From contig OZ243916.1 of assembly GCA_965213675.1 (NCBI GenBank), positions 3,840,001-3,904,000 on the forward strand: a stretch of 64,000 nucleotides of DNA, given 5' to 3'. The notes below the pieces were generated by a model. It was not told the DNA's origin and did not search any database. It saw only the letters and a list, made by a program, of their open reading frames with translations. Source of the DNA: an uncultured Candidatus Binatia bacterium. GTDB lineage: Bacteria; Desulfobacterota; Binatia; UBA9968; JAJDTQ01. The position numbers and the translations under genes were made by a program. Shown here piece by piece: positions 1-10,470 of this stretch (positions are counted from its first letter, which is position 1; each line of letters opens with the position of its first letter).

Positions 1-433
1 CGCTGGCGATGAGCCCCTGCATGCGCGCCCGCTGCTCCGCCGGAAAGACCACCCCCACGATGATGAACGCCAGGGCGTACACCGCGCCGCCGCCCATGCC
101 CTGCACGGCGCGGAAGATGATGAGCTGGGTCATGCTCTGGGCCGCGCCGCAGGCCATGGACCCCAGGACGAAGGTTGCGATGGCCAGCAGGATGAGGGTG
201 CGCCGGCTGTAGAGGTCCGAGAGCTTGCCGAAGATGGGCGTCGCCAGCGCCGAGGTGAGCATGTAGACCGAAAACACCCAACTGTACAGGTCGATCCCGC
301 CCAGTTGGGAGACCACCGTGGGCATGGCGCTGCTCACGATGGTGGCGTCGATGGCGAAGAGGAATACCGCCAGCATGACCCCGGCGACGGCGACAGGGGC
401 TCTGTTGGGGGCGTAGGCTGCCGGTTCCGTCAT
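1..433 (-). CDS. MFS drug:H+ antiporter (DHA2, EmrB/QacA-like), N-terminal part; runs off window edge
   Basis: Manual translation from ATG at 433: MTEPAAYAPNRAPVAVAGVMLAVFLFAIDATIVSSAMPTVVSQLGGIDLYSWVFSVYMLTSALATPIFGKLSDLYSRR; carries the DHA2 motifs D-x-TIV-xx-AMP and GKLSDxxxRR. Absent from the ORF track because there is no stop in the window. Confidence 0.9.
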   Translation of the reverse strand, partial: MTEPAAYAPNRAPVAVAGVMLAVFLFAIDATIVSSAMPTVVSQLGGIDLYSWVFSVYMLTSALATPIFGKLSDLYSRRTLILLAIATFVLGSMACGAAQSMTQLIIFRAVQGMGGGAVYALAFIIVGVVFPAEQRARMQGLIAS

Positions 434-679
434 GTTCCCGTGTCTGGCTCCATCACCACAGCAGGTACGGTACCAAGGCGCGCCCGTCACGACACGTCCG
501 TTCCGTGGAACAGGCTGAGGCGAGACTCGTGGCGCATGGCGCCCGCTTCCGCGGAAACCAGGGGCCTCCCTACGGCCTGCGGGATCCGGTGATCGACGAG
601 GAGCGGGTGCTGTTCAAGTGCCGCGTGGAACCGGTGGTCACGTTAGGAAAGCCTTGGCCGGATGACCTGGCCAGGGCGG

Positions 680-3562
680 TCAATCCCGCGGCGGAAACTC
701 GAAGGCGACCTTGCCCTTGTCGTCGAGGACGAGCCAGGCGGCGAACTGGCGGCCGGATTTGGATGAGATGAACTCCGGCAGCAGGTCGGTCTTGCCCTCG
801 GCCAGGAGCTTGGCCATCTGGGCGCGTTCCACGGGTTGTTCGAGGATCACCGTGCCGGACTTGAAGCGGCAGGGCTTCTTTTCCGTCTGGGAGTTCTCGC
901 ACAGGTATTGCGATTGCCACTCGAACACCCGGCCGTCGCAACGGGGGCACTTGCCCACGGGTTCCCGGCCCGTGAAGTCGGCCTTGACGGCGGGCGTCCT
1001 GGCTGCGGCGGTGGCCGACTTCTTCGGCGCCCGCGGCTCGAATTCGAACCCGACCTTGTCGTCCTTGATCACCAGGAACGCCTTGAACGGGCGGCCGGTG
1101 CGCGCGGAGACGAAGCCCGGCAGCAGGTCGGTCCTGCCCTCGGCCAGGAGTTTCACGAACTGTTCGCGCGCCACTTCCTGGCGCAGGATGACCTTGCCGG
1201 AGCTGAACTCGCAGGTGCGCGTGTCGCCCACGGCTTTCTCGCACACGTAGCGCATGGGCAACTCGAACACCCGGCCGACGCAGCGCGGGCATTTGCCGAG
1301 GGGTTCCTGAGCGCTGAAGTCCGCCTGCGGCTCGGCTTCGCCGTCGCCGTTGCGCGCGCCGTTGCCGAAATCGAAGGCGATCTTGTGCTCCTCCGACAGG
1401 TTCAGCACCGCGGCGAAGGGGCGCCCTTGCCGGCTGCGGAAGCCTTGCAGCGGCCCGATCTGGCCCTTCTCGATGAGCGTTCCGGTTTCCTCCGCGGCCA
1501 GCAACCGTCCGGCGAGGATCTTGGGCAGGCTGAAATCGCAGTTGATGCAATGATAGTTGCGGTAGCGCTCATGCACCTCGCCCTGGCACCTGGGGCACGG
1601 CGCTGAAAGGGTGCCGAAGTCTCCGGGTATGGTGTCGTGTTCGTACTGGCGCGCCCGCTCGACGATCTGCCGGGTCATCTCGGCAATCTCGCCCATGAAC
1701 TCGTCGCGGCTCTTCTGGCCGCCCTGCATCTGGAAGAGTTGGTGTTCCCAGTTGCCGGTGAGTTCGGGCCTGGTGAGTTCCCGTACGCCGAGTCCGTTGA
1801 GCAATTCCATGAGCATGAAGGCCTTGGGCGTGGCCTGGAGCTCCTTGCCGTCCCGGACGATGTAGGCCTCGTCGATGAGTCCCTCGATGATGGACGCGCG
1901 GGTCGCCGAGGTACCCAGCCCCTTGCCCGCCATGGCCGCGCGCAGGTCCTCGTCGGTGACGAGCTTGCCGGCCCCTTCCATGGCGCCCAGCAGCGTGGCC
2001 TCGGTGAAGCGGGCGGGCGGGCGGGTCTGGTTCTGCTTGACCTCGACGCCGGTGGTCTCCACCGGCACGGCGTCCGCGCCGGTTTGGTCCGCGCGGTTGG
2101 CACGGCCGTTACCGCCGGGGGCCGTTGCCGCCGCGTCGTCCGCGCTCTCGGCCGTGGCGCGCAGAGGCGCCAGCGTGGGCTCGTCGCCCTTGCGCGCGTT
2201 GTCCCGTCCGTGGACCTCCAGCCAGCCCGCCTTGACCAGCACCTTGCCGGTGGTGCGGAAGGGCTCCCCCTCCACCCGCGTGATCCGGGTGGTCTCCAGG
2301 TACTCGGCGGCGGGGTAGAAGATCGCCAGGAAGCGCCGGGTGACGAGGTCGTAGATCTTCTGCTCGATCTCGTTCAGGCGCTTGGGCGCCTCGGTGGTGG
2401 GAATGATGGCGAAGTGGTCGGATATCTTGGCATTGTTGAAAATGCGCTTGTCGGGCTTGACCCAACTCTTCTCCAGGATGTTGTCCGCGAAGGGCGCGTA
2501 GCTCGTGTCCTTGAGCATCCGCAGCGAGTCCTTGACCGTGCCCACATAGTCCTCGGGCAACGCGCGCGAGTCGGTGCGCGGATAGGTCAACACCTTGTGG
2601 CGCTCGTAGAGGGCCTGGGCGATCTGCACGGTGCGGTTGGCGCTCAGGCCGAAGCGCGCGTTGGCCTCTCGCTGGAGGCTCGTGAGGTCGAACAGCGGCG
2701 GCGGCGCCTGCCGGGTGGGCTTGCTCTCCTCGGTGGCGCTGCCGGTCCTGTCCAGACACTTGTCGCGGATGGCTTCGGCCACGGCCTGTTCCCAGATCCG
2801 CTCGGCGCGGCCGTGGGGTTGGCGGTCGTTCTTCTTGAACCCTTCGTCGAACCAGCGCCCTTCGTACGCGCCGCCTTCCGCCTGGAACGTGGCGGTCACT
2901 TCCCAGTAGGGCTCGGGCCGGAAATCCCGGATGGCGGCCTCGCGCTCCGCCACGATGGCCAGGGTGGGGGTCTGCACCCGCCCCACGGTGGTCTTGTAGA
3001 AGCCGCCGGGCTTGGAATTGAACGCGGTCATGGCGCGGGTGCCGTTGATGCCCACGATCCAGTCGGCCTCGGATCGGCTCAGGGCCGCATCGGCCAGGGG
3101 TTGCATCTCCGTATCCTCGCGCAACTGAACGAAGCCGTTGCGGATGGCGTCCGGGGTCATGGACTGGAGCCACAGCCGCTTGATGGGTTTCTTCGCCTTG
3201 GCGTGGCGCACGATGTTGCGGAAGATCAGCTCGCCCTCGCGTCCAGCGTCGCAGGCATTCACCAGGGCGTCCACGTCCCGGCGCTTGATCAGCTTGACCA
3301 GGGTCTTCAGCCGGGAGGCGTTCTTCTGGATGGGCTTGAGGTCGAAGTAGGGCGGGATCACCGGCAGGTTGGCGAAGCTCCACTTGCCCTTCTTCGCCTC
3401 GACTCCTTCCGGCGGCACTTGCTCCAGCAGGTGGCCCACGGCGGACGACAGCACGTAGTCGTCGTTCTCGAAATAGTCCTGGTGCCGCTTGAAGCCGCCC
3501 AGCGCCTTGGCCACGTCCGAGGCCACCGACGGCTTCTCGGCGATGATCAGTGCCTTGCCCAT
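680..3562 (-). CDS. topB: DNA topoisomerase III with repeated C-terminal Zn-ribbon/Toprim_Crpt modules
   Basis: IIAEKPSVA, DAGREGELI, GRVQTPTL and TYPRTDS (catalytic Tyr) motifs; C-terminal CPRC...KLLAEGxTDLL repeats. Confidence 0.95.
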   Translation of the reverse strand: MGKALIIAEKPSVASDVAKALGGFKRHQDYFENDDYVLSSAVGHLLEQVPPEGVEAKKGKWSFANLPVIPPYFDLKPIQKNASRLKTLVKLIKRRDVDALVNACDAGREGELIFRNIVRHAKAKKPIKRLWLQSMTPDAIRNGFVQLREDTEMQPLADAALSRSEADWIVGINGTRAMTAFNSKPGGFYKTTVGRVQTPTLAIVAEREAAIRDFRPEPYWEVTATFQAEGGAYEGRWFDEGFKKNDRQPHGRAERIWEQAVAEAIRDKCLDRTGSATEESKPTRQAPPPLFDLTSLQREANARFGLSANRTVQIAQALYERHKVLTYPRTDSRALPEDYVGTVKDSLRMLKDTSYAPFADNILEKSWVKPDKRIFNNAKISDHFAIIPTTEAPKRLNEIEQKIYDLVTRRFLAIFYPAAEYLETTRITRVEGEPFRTTGKVLVKAGWLEVHGRDNARKGDEPTLAPLRATAESADDAAATAPGGNGRANRADQTGADAVPVETTGVEVKQNQTRPPARFTEATLLGAMEGAGKLVTDEDLRAAMAGKGLGTSATRASIIEGLIDEAYIVRDGKELQATPKAFMLMELLNGLGVRELTRPELTGNWEHQLFQMQGGQKSRDEFMGEIAEMTRQIVERARQYEHDTIPGDFGTLSAPCPRCQGEVHERYRNYHCINCDFSLPKILAGRLLAAEETGTLIEKGQIGPLQGFRSRQGRPFAAVLNLSEEHKIAFDFGNGARNGDGEAEPQADFSAQEPLGKCPRCVGRVFELPMRYVCEKAVGDTRTCEFSSGKVILRQEVAREQFVKLLAEGRTDLLPGFVSARTGRPFKAFLVIKDDKVGFEFEPRAPKKSATAAARTPAVKADFTGREPVGKCPRCDGRVFEWQSQYLCENSQTEKKPCRFKSGTVILEQPVERAQMAKLLAEGKTDLLPEFISSKSGRQFAAWLVLDDKGKVAFEFPPRD

Positions 3563-3636
3563 TTTGTTGTCTCGACTCGGATGAAGAACCCGAAAGCCAC
3601 GGCGTCCGCCCTCTCCGCGTACGCGTGTGAACAGTG

Positions 3637-3665
3637 CATATGTCTAATTGGAGTGTGCCTGTCAA
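3637..3665 (-). promoter_or_regulatory. Putative sigma70 promoter for topB
   Basis: Minus strand TTGACA-N17-CATATG about 75 bp upstream of the topB ATG. Confidence 0.45.
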
Positions 3666-3844
3666 GCCACCCCGCCGGCCGTTCGCAGCGGCGGGTGAAT
3701 CCGTGTAACAAGGAGGGCGCCGGGACGCACGGGGAACCCGGGCCCGCGTTCCGGGGCCAGTCCGGACCCGGTTCGGGCCGTTCGGGTCCGGTTGCCTGCG
3801 CCGTTTCGCCTGCGCCGTATCCCGCGCCCACGCAAGGAGGATCC

Positions 3845-4672
3845 ATGCCCAACGTCAAGCTTTCCAGCGGCGTCGATCTCTACTACGAGACTCATGGAGC
3901 GGGCGAACCGCTCATCTTCGTGCCCTCCACCGCCTATTCGGGCGAGGTGTGGAAGCCCTCGCAGATGCCGCTGGCGGACTCCCTGAACCTCATCTTCCAC
4001 GACCCGCGCGGCTGCGGCCGCTCGGTGGCGCAGCAGAGAGTCTACACCATCGAGCTCATGGCCATGGACATCGTCGCGCTGATGGACCACATCGGCTGCG
4101 CGTCGGCCCACTTCATCGGCCACTCCATGGGCGGGCGTATCGCGCTGTCCCTGGCGCAGAACTTTCCCGGGCGCGTCAAGAGCCTGATCATGGCCGCCTC
4201 CGGCTCGGGCACCGCGGGGCGCGCCGGCGCCGACTGCGTGCCCGGTCTGCCCTTCGAATGGGTCCACGACATGGTGCGGCTGGGCTTCGAGAAGTTTGTC
4301 CGGGAGGAGATCGTGGAGACCGACACGTTTTTCACCGATGCCTACCGGGCGTCGCACCCTGCCGAAGTGGAAGCCTTTTACAGGCTCGCCTGGGAAACCC
4401 ACGCCAAGCTGCCGGAGTTCATCCAATTGGTCATGGCGCGGCACAGCTTCGAGGGCACGCACCGGCTGGGCGACGTGCGCTGCCCAACCCTGGTGCTCAT
4501 CGGCGACGGCGACACCGTGGGGAGCAACCACGTGGCGCAGGCCCAGGTGCTCAAGGACCGGATTCCGGGCGCGGAGTTGAAGGTCCTGGAAGGACAGACC
4601 CACGGATTCTTCTGGGAGGATCCGGAAGGCGCCAACGAAGTCATCCTCTCCTGGGTGAAGCGTCATAGCTGA
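3845..4672 (+). CDS. Alpha/beta-fold hydrolase
   Basis: AGGAGG RBS then ATG 3845; GHSMGG nucleophile elbow; DPRGCGRS; C-terminal His. Confidence 0.9.
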   Translation: MPNVKLSSGVDLYYETHGAGEPLIFVPSTAYSGEVWKPSQMPLADSLNLIFHDPRGCGRSVAQQRVYTIELMAMDIVALMDHIGCASAHFIGHSMGGRIALSLAQNFPGRVKSLIMAASGSGTAGRAGADCVPGLPFEWVHDMVRLGFEKFVREEIVETDTFFTDAYRASHPAEVEAFYRLAWETHAKLPEFIQLVMARHSFEGTHRLGDVRCPTLVLIGDGDTVGSNHVAQAQVLKDRIPGAELKVLEGQTHGFFWEDPEGANEVILSWVKRHS

Positions 4673-4712
4673 GCCGGCGGTGCCGTCCGGAAGACGCAGC
4701 CCCGCGCCGCCC

Positions 4713-5915
4713 ATGCCCGGTGAGGCCGCTCGGCCGTCGTTCTGGACGCGCACGTTCCTCCTGCTGTGCGCGTCTCAATTCCTGGCCTACGGCCATCACG
4801 CGCTGCTGACGCCCACGCTGCCGCTTTACCTGGACCACCTGGGCGGCTCGCCTTTCGCCGTGGGCTTGCTGCTGGCCGCGTTCAGCGCCAGCAGCATCCT
4901 CATCCGGCCCTTGCTGGGCACATGGGTGGACACCCGTGGCGAGACCTTCGTCCTGAGCCTGAGTTGCGCCGGCCTGTGCCTGACGGTCCTCGTCTTCGTC
5001 GTCCCCTATGTTGAAGGGGCGTTCACCGCCAATGTCCTCCGGGGCTTTGCCTGGGCCGGCATCAACACCAGCGGCTACGCGTTCCTGGCGGCAGCGGTGC
5101 CCGACCACCGGCGCGGCGAGGCCAGCGGCTACTACTCCGGCATCCAGGCCAGCTCCTCGGTGTTCTTTCCCACCATGGCGCTGTGGATCATCGAATGGCC
5201 GGCGGGCGGTTACGCCGGCGTGTTCGTGCTGTCGAGCGCCGTGGCGCTGTTCGGCGCGGTCCTGGCCCGCGTGTGCGGACGGGGCGTTCAGCGGCAGGCG
5301 GGCGGCGCGCCTGCGCGGCTCCCCCGGGTGCCGTTCCGCGAACGCACCTGGTACGACCGCGGCATCGTTTTCGTCGCCTCTCTGCTCTTCTGCCTGAACC
5401 TGCCCTGGTCCGGCCTGACCTCGTTCATCGTCCTCTATGCCCGGGAGGTGGGGATCGAGAGCCTGGGCTGGTACTTCGTCGCCATCGGCTGCGCCAGCCT
5501 TGTGGGTCGCCCGCTCCTGGGCCGGGTCTCGGACCGCATCGGTCGTGTGCCGGCCATGCTCGCGGCCTACTTCCTGGAGATGGCCGGCGTGGGGCTGGTC
5601 CTCCTGGCGCGCGACGTGACCATGATGATGATCGCCGGGGTGTTCTTCTTCCTTGGCTACGCCATGGGCGTTTCCACCACCCTGGCTCTGGCCATGGAGC
5701 GCGCCGACCCCCGCCGCCGCGGCGTCGCCATGGCCACCTTCTCCATCGCCTTTCCGCTGGGCTCCGGCCTCGGCGCCGCCGTCGCCGGCGGCGTCATCGC
5801 GCTGGTGGGCTACCGCGGCATGTACCTGAGCCTCATCGGCGTGCTGGTGCTGGGCCTGCTGTTGACCCTGGCCCGACGGGCCTCGCTGGCAGCGCCGGGC
5901 CGCGCGGGCGGATGA
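4713..5915 (+). CDS. MFS transporter
   Basis: About 12 hydrophobic segments; GRVSDRIGR motif A; start could be GTG 4680. Confidence 0.9.
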   Translation: MPGEAARPSFWTRTFLLLCASQFLAYGHHALLTPTLPLYLDHLGGSPFAVGLLLAAFSASSILIRPLLGTWVDTRGETFVLSLSCAGLCLTVLVFVVPYVEGAFTANVLRGFAWAGINTSGYAFLAAAVPDHRRGEASGYYSGIQASSSVFFPTMALWIIEWPAGGYAGVFVLSSAVALFGAVLARVCGRGVQRQAGGAPARLPRVPFRERTWYDRGIVFVASLLFCLNLPWSGLTSFIVLYAREVGIESLGWYFVAIGCASLVGRPLLGRVSDRIGRVPAMLAAYFLEMAGVGLVLLARDVTMMMIAGVFFFLGYAMGVSTTLALAMERADPRRRGVAMATFSIAFPLGSGLGAAVAGGVIALVGYRGMYLSLIGVLVLGLLLTLARRASLAAPGRAGG

Positions 5916-6078
5916 CCCCATGGCCGGGCGCTCGTCCTCGGTCACGTTCTGCCTCGCCGAGAGAGTTTTTTCGCCGAATCGGCTTGCGTCCCTACGACCG
6001 CTGCACTAGTCTATGACGATTTGTGGCGGGCGCTGGGCGCCTGCCAGGGTCAGTCCGAAACACGTCAAGGAGGTATTC

Positions 6079-7179
6079 ATGAAGTTTGAGACGTTGAAGA
6101 AAACAGGCCCTGCGCCAAGGTTCTTCACGGGCCTTTCGGGACTGGTGCTCGCGGTCTCGCTCTTGCTTCCCGCGGGAGCGTGGGCGCAGCGCTCGGAGGC
6201 GGAGTTGAAGAAACTCTTCGAGTCCAAGCCGGTGAACATCATCGTGGGCTCGGCCCCTGGCGGCGGCTACGATACGTTCTCGCGGCTGGTGGCGCGTTTC
6301 GTCGGCAACTACCTGCCAGGCAACCCGTCCTTCATCGTCCGCAACGTTCCGGGCGCGGGCCAGCTCCGCGGTCTGCGCCGGGCCATGAAGGCCAAGCCGG
6401 ACGGCATGACCCTGGGCCTGCTGCATCCCCGGTTCGTGCAGCGCGAACTGGCGGGCAAGGATGTGCCGGATTTCGATCTCAAGAAGGTGCGGGTGCTGGG
6501 GAGCCCGAGTTCCGGCTCGGTGCCGCGCATCTGGTGTGTGCAACGCAGCATCGGCTCCACCTACGCGGATCTGGTCAAGCGCGGCAAGCCCGTCACCAGC
6601 GGCGGCAACGCCCCGGGTGCGGCCTTCGGCATCGGCCCGCAGTTCGTTCAGGAGCTGGGCGGTCCGGTCAAGATGGTCTATGGCTACGGCGGCACTTCCG
6701 AGATCATGGCGGCATTCGACCGCGACGAGATGGAGGGCGTGGACCGCTGCGTGGAGGAGAACGTGCCGCGGCTCTTTCCGAAGTGGATCACCGACAAGAA
6801 GGTAGCGCCCATCTTCTGGTGGGAAAAGGAGCCTTCCAAGGACTGGATCGGCAAACTCGGGGCGGAAAAGGTGCCGCACCTCTTCGAGGTCGTCAATGCC
6901 ACCAAGGAGCAGGAGAATGCCTTCCTCGTGGCCCAGCAGTTCAACACGTTCAGCCGCATCTACGTGCTGCAGCCCGGAGTGCCGGACGACGTGTACGGAC
7001 TGTGGAAGAAGGCCTTCGAGGCAACCACCAAGGACGCCGGTTTTCTGAAGGCTGCGGGGGTTGCGGGCTACGAAGTATCGCTCGGTACGGCGGAAGACTT
7101 CAACGACGGACTCAAGCGCTACGAGTCGCTGACGCCGAACGGTGAGAAGCTGCTCAAGAAGCTCATGGGCATCAACTAG
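6079..7179 (+). CDS. tctC: Tripartite tricarboxylate transporter substrate-binding protein (TctC/Bug family)
   Basis: AGGAGG RBS; signal peptide; IIVGSAPGGGYD, NVPGAG, KPDGMT and GYGG motifs. Confidence 0.85.
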   Translation: MKFETLKKTGPAPRFFTGLSGLVLAVSLLLPAGAWAQRSEAELKKLFESKPVNIIVGSAPGGGYDTFSRLVARFVGNYLPGNPSFIVRNVPGAGQLRGLRRAMKAKPDGMTLGLLHPRFVQRELAGKDVPDFDLKKVRVLGSPSSGSVPRIWCVQRSIGSTYADLVKRGKPVTSGGNAPGAAFGIGPQFVQELGGPVKMVYGYGGTSEIMAAFDRDEMEGVDRCVEENVPRLFPKWITDKKVAPIFWWEKEPSKDWIGKLGAEKVPHLFEVVNATKEQENAFLVAQQFNTFSRIYVLQPGVPDDVYGLWKKAFEATTKDAGFLKAAGVAGYEVSLGTAEDFNDGLKRYESLTPNGEKLLKKLMGIN

Positions 7180-7225
7180 GAGTCAGGAGTCCGCGTCCCG
7201 CGGCGCGGGCTTCTCGGGTGCGAGA

Positions 7226-7263
7226 CAAAACGGCCATCCGCCATTCGGCGGATGGCCGTTTTG
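7226..7263. terminator. Bidirectional intrinsic terminator between convergent tctC and tctB
   Basis: CAAAACGGCCATCCGCC-ATTC-GGCGGATGGCCGTTTTG; perfect 17-bp stem with A/T tails on both sides. Confidence 0.85.
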
Positions 7264-7270
7264 CTCTCGG

Positions 7271-7816
7271 TCATCCCCAGAAAAGTCTGAGTAGCGGGGG
7301 ATCGTGCCAAGTGGCGTTCAGAAACCGGTCGTAGACACCCACGATCAGGCCCAGGAACAACAGCCCGACGACTGCGGACCAGATCCAGCCGGCACGGCCG
7401 TAGACGAGCACGTAGAAGAAGACCCACAGCGGGATCGCGATGTGGAAGCCCACGAGCCAGATGGCGGCGTAGAGCCCCAGGATGCTGAAGCAGATGCGGG
7501 CGAACCGCATCCGTTCGGCCCGGGGATCGCTGCCGGTGCGGAAGCCCAGGTCCATGATCATCTCTGACGAGGTTTCCTTGGCGCTGCGGATCAGGACGAT
7601 CAGACGCGCGATCCAGAAGGGCGTGCCGAGCCCGATGGCGATACGGGGCATGAGCGCCGAGCCCTCGGGCCAGGAGAAAGACTCGATGAACATGTAGACG
7701 AAGAGGCCCCCGACGATGGCCAGGAGAACGATTTCCCCCACCACTTCCATGGTAAGACCCCGCAGCGCCGTCCGGGCCGGATCCCTGCCGGTGTTCATGT
7801 CATTGTTCTCATCCAT
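7271..7816 (-). CDS. tctB: TctB-family small membrane subunit
   Basis: MDENNDMN... with 4-5 TM segments; ATG overlaps the tctA stop (TGATG). Confidence 0.8.
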   Translation of the reverse strand: MDENNDMNTGRDPARTALRGLTMEVVGEIVLLAIVGGLFVYMFIESFSWPEGSALMPRIAIGLGTPFWIARLIVLIRSAKETSSEMIMDLGFRTGSDPRAERMRFARICFSILGLYAAIWLVGFHIAIPLWVFFYVLVYGRAGWIWSAVVGLLFLGLIVGVYDRFLNATWHDPPLLRLFWG

Positions 7817-9351
7817 CAGTCGGCGTCCAATCCTCGCTCCTGACCTTCGCCGGTGGACTCCTCCGCGGCCCGCTTGGCCCCCTGTTGCATCCGCAGGCTT
7901 ACCACCATCACCAGGGCCATCACCACGATGATGGACAGGAACTGCGGGCGCGCAAACATCGACCAGCCGTAGCTGTTGGCCGATAGCCAGAGGTACTTCT
8001 CCACGATCTCCGCCAGCACCACGGCGATGAGGATCGGTGGCCGCGGCCAGCCGTAGCGCTTCATGAACAGGCCCAGAACGCCGAACACCAGCACCAGCCC
8101 CAAGTCCTCCATGGAATAGGTGGCCTGGAAGGCCGCCAGCGTCACCAGCGCGATGATGATGGGCGCAAGAATGTTGGGCGAGATGGCCGCGATGCGGGTC
8201 ATGTAAGGCGCGAACCAGAGCATGATGGGCACCACGATGACGTTGCCCAGCACGATGGTGTAAACGAGGCTGATGGTCAGATCCAGGTGCTCGGTCAACA
8301 TCGCCGGCCCCGGCTGGACACCCGACAGCACCAGGATCGCCAGCAGGATGGCCATGCCGCCGCTGCCTGGTATGCCGAACACCACCGTGGGGATCAGTAC
8401 GCCCCCGTCCACCGAGTTGTTGGCCGAGTCCGCGGCGATGACGCCGCGCACATCGCCCTTGCCGAAGGTCTCCATCGCGCCCTTCTCGGTATGGCGCGCC
8501 TGGGCGTAGGCGATCCAGTGCGCCCCGGAGGAGCCGATGCCCGGCATCATCCCGACAAACGTGCCGATGAGCGACGAGCGCACCAGCAGCCACTTGTTGT
8601 TGAGGGCTGCGCGCATGCCCTTGTAGACGTCCCGGTCCGCCTCCTTGAGCATGGTTTCGAGGCGCTCCCGGGCGATGGGAGTATTGGAAACCACCAGGTC
8701 CACCACCTCGGGTAGGGCGAAGAGGCCGATGACCACCGGAGCCAGGGGAATGCCGTCCCACAGGTAGTCGATGCCGAAGGTGGAACGGACATTGCCGCCG
8801 ATGACGGAGAAGCCGATCATGGAGATGGCGAGACCAAAACAGGCCGTGAGCATGCCCTTGACGAAGGCCCCGGAACTGACGATGGCCACGCACATGAGCC
8901 CCAGCAGCGACAGCAGAAAGAACTCGGCCGACCCGAACAGCCGCAGCAGCTCACGGGATATGGGCAGCGACAGCAGCAGCGCCAGCGCGCCGATGATGCC
9001 GCCCACCAGCGTGCACATGTAGCTGGCCCCCAAGGCCACGCCCGCCAGTCCCTGGCGCGCCAGAGGGTAGCCGTCGAGGATCGTCGCCTGGGCCGAGCGC
9101 GCTCCGGGAATGCCCATCAGAATGGACGGAACCGGCTCCGTGATGTCGCTGGCCGCCAGGAAAAAGACCATGGCGGTGACCGTGATCCACGGGTCCACGT
9201 ATCCCGCGAACCCCAGCAGCACCACCGCGATGGGCAGATTCCCGCCGGGCATCAGCCCCGAGATCAGCGCTACGGGCAGTATCACCAGAATCGCCAGCAG
9301 TGGCCCAAGCGAAAAGAGCTTACCTGCCGCGTCTATGGCAGCTTCCCACAT
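7816..9351 (-). CDS. tctA: TctA-family large membrane subunit
   Basis: GIPGARSAQATILDGYPLA and GVIAADSANNS motifs; GAGGA RBS before ATG 9351. Confidence 0.9.
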   Translation of the reverse strand: MWEAAIDAAGKLFSLGPLLAILVILPVALISGLMPGGNLPIAVVLLGFAGYVDPWITVTAMVFFLAASDITEPVPSILMGIPGARSAQATILDGYPLARQGLAGVALGASYMCTLVGGIIGALALLLSLPISRELLRLFGSAEFFLLSLLGLMCVAIVSSGAFVKGMLTACFGLAISMIGFSVIGGNVRSTFGIDYLWDGIPLAPVVIGLFALPEVVDLVVSNTPIARERLETMLKEADRDVYKGMRAALNNKWLLVRSSLIGTFVGMMPGIGSSGAHWIAYAQARHTEKGAMETFGKGDVRGVIAADSANNSVDGGVLIPTVVFGIPGSGGMAILLAILVLSGVQPGPAMLTEHLDLTISLVYTIVLGNVIVVPIMLWFAPYMTRIAAISPNILAPIIIALVTLAAFQATYSMEDLGLVLVFGVLGLFMKRYGWPRPPILIAVVLAEIVEKYLWLSANSYGWSMFARPQFLSIIVVMALVMVVSLRMQQGAKRAAEESTGEGQERGLDAD

Positions 9352-9600
9352 CGGATCCTCATCAATCCTCGCCAGGTCTCGATCTGGCAGACCCAGGATA
9401 GGCGGTTCCTGTACGCGAAATTCGAAGTGCTCACTTGCCACGGCCGGCGTCCCGTGTCAACTTCCTTGCGCCAACCGGCCCTTGGGCGTTGCTCGCATTT
9501 CGGTGTCATCCGGTATAGGTCAGGAACGTTGCCGCCGCCGCCCGCGAGGCTCCGTCGCGCCGCTCCGCGGATCACGCTTCCGACCCGCTCGCGAAACGCC

Positions 9601-10470
9601 ATGATCGCCGAACTGCTTGCCCTGCTCACCGCGTTCTCCTACGCCACGGCCAACGTCTCGGCGCGGTGGGGGCTGCGCTATTCGACTCCGAACACGGCGG
9701 TGGTGTTCTCCCTCGTGGTGCATGCCGTGGGGCTCTCGGCCGTGGTGCTGTTCACCACGGGCATTCCCTCGGTGCCGGCCGCGGCCCTCTATCTCGTCGT
9801 GATCACGGGCGTGCTTCAGACCCTGCTGCGGTTCTGCCACTACCTGGCCATCGCCAAGGTCGGGGTCGCGCGGGCGGTGACGCTGCGCAACACCTACCCC
9901 ATGCTCACGGTATTCATTGGCGTCACCATCCTCGGCGAACAGACCAACGCGCTGAACCTTCTGGGCGTGGGCTCCATCGTCGTCGGCACCGCTCTTACGT
10001 CATGGCGCATGGATGAGCTGGTGGCGGGCTTCCGCCGCTGGCACCTGGTCCTGCCGGCGGCCACCTCCATCCTCACCTCCACGGTGCATCCCATGCGGCG
10101 CTACGTCATGACCCTGGCCGACGAGCCGCTGTTCTTCGCCGCCGTGGTGGGCGTCGTGTCGCTGGGTTGCTTCAGCGGCTATCTGGCCTTGCCGCTTCCG
10201 CGCGAGAAGGTGGTGTGGCACCCGCAAGCGCTGGTGCCGTTCGCGATTTCGGGGGTGGCCGAAACCATGGCGATCCTGCTCCTGTTCTTCGCGCTGGCCG
10301 CGGGTCCGGTGGTGGTGGTGTCGCCCATCGCCGCCACCTCGCCGGTGTGGACCGTGATCCTCGCCAGCATTCTCCTGCGCAAGGTGGAGCGCACCAACCC
10401 CGCCGTGGTCGTGGGCACGCTTCTGGTGGTGGCCGGCGCCGTCTTCGTGACCCTGGGGCGTTACCTGTAG
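9601..10470 (+). CDS. EamA/DMT family transporter
   Basis: Two hydrophobic EamA repeats, about 10 TM. Confidence 0.85.
   Translation: MIAELLALLTAFSYATANVSARWGLRYSTPNTAVVFSLVVHAVGLSAVVLFTTGIPSVPAAALYLVVITGVLQTLLRFCHYLAIAKVGVARAVTLRNTYPMLTVFIGVTILGEQTNALNLLGVGSIVVGTALTSWRMDELVAGFRRWHLVLPAATSILTSTVHPMRRYVMTLADEPLFFAAVVGVVSLGCFSGYLALPLPREKVVWHPQALVPFAISGVAETMAILLLFFALAAGPVVVVSPIAATSPVWTVILASILLRKVERTNPAVVVGTLLVVAGAVFVTLGRYL

Noticed and set aside
505-680. Short ORF (DEERVLFKCRVEPVVTLG) that may be a gene remnant
   Set aside because: Too short and degenerate to assign without a search.
1637-3844. Long antisense or alternate-frame ORFs (e.g. 1637-4672 upstream part, 21207-23519, 36381-38558, 61738-63972)
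   Set aside because: Shadow ORFs of high-GC coding sequence overlapping well-supported genes, with no family motifs.
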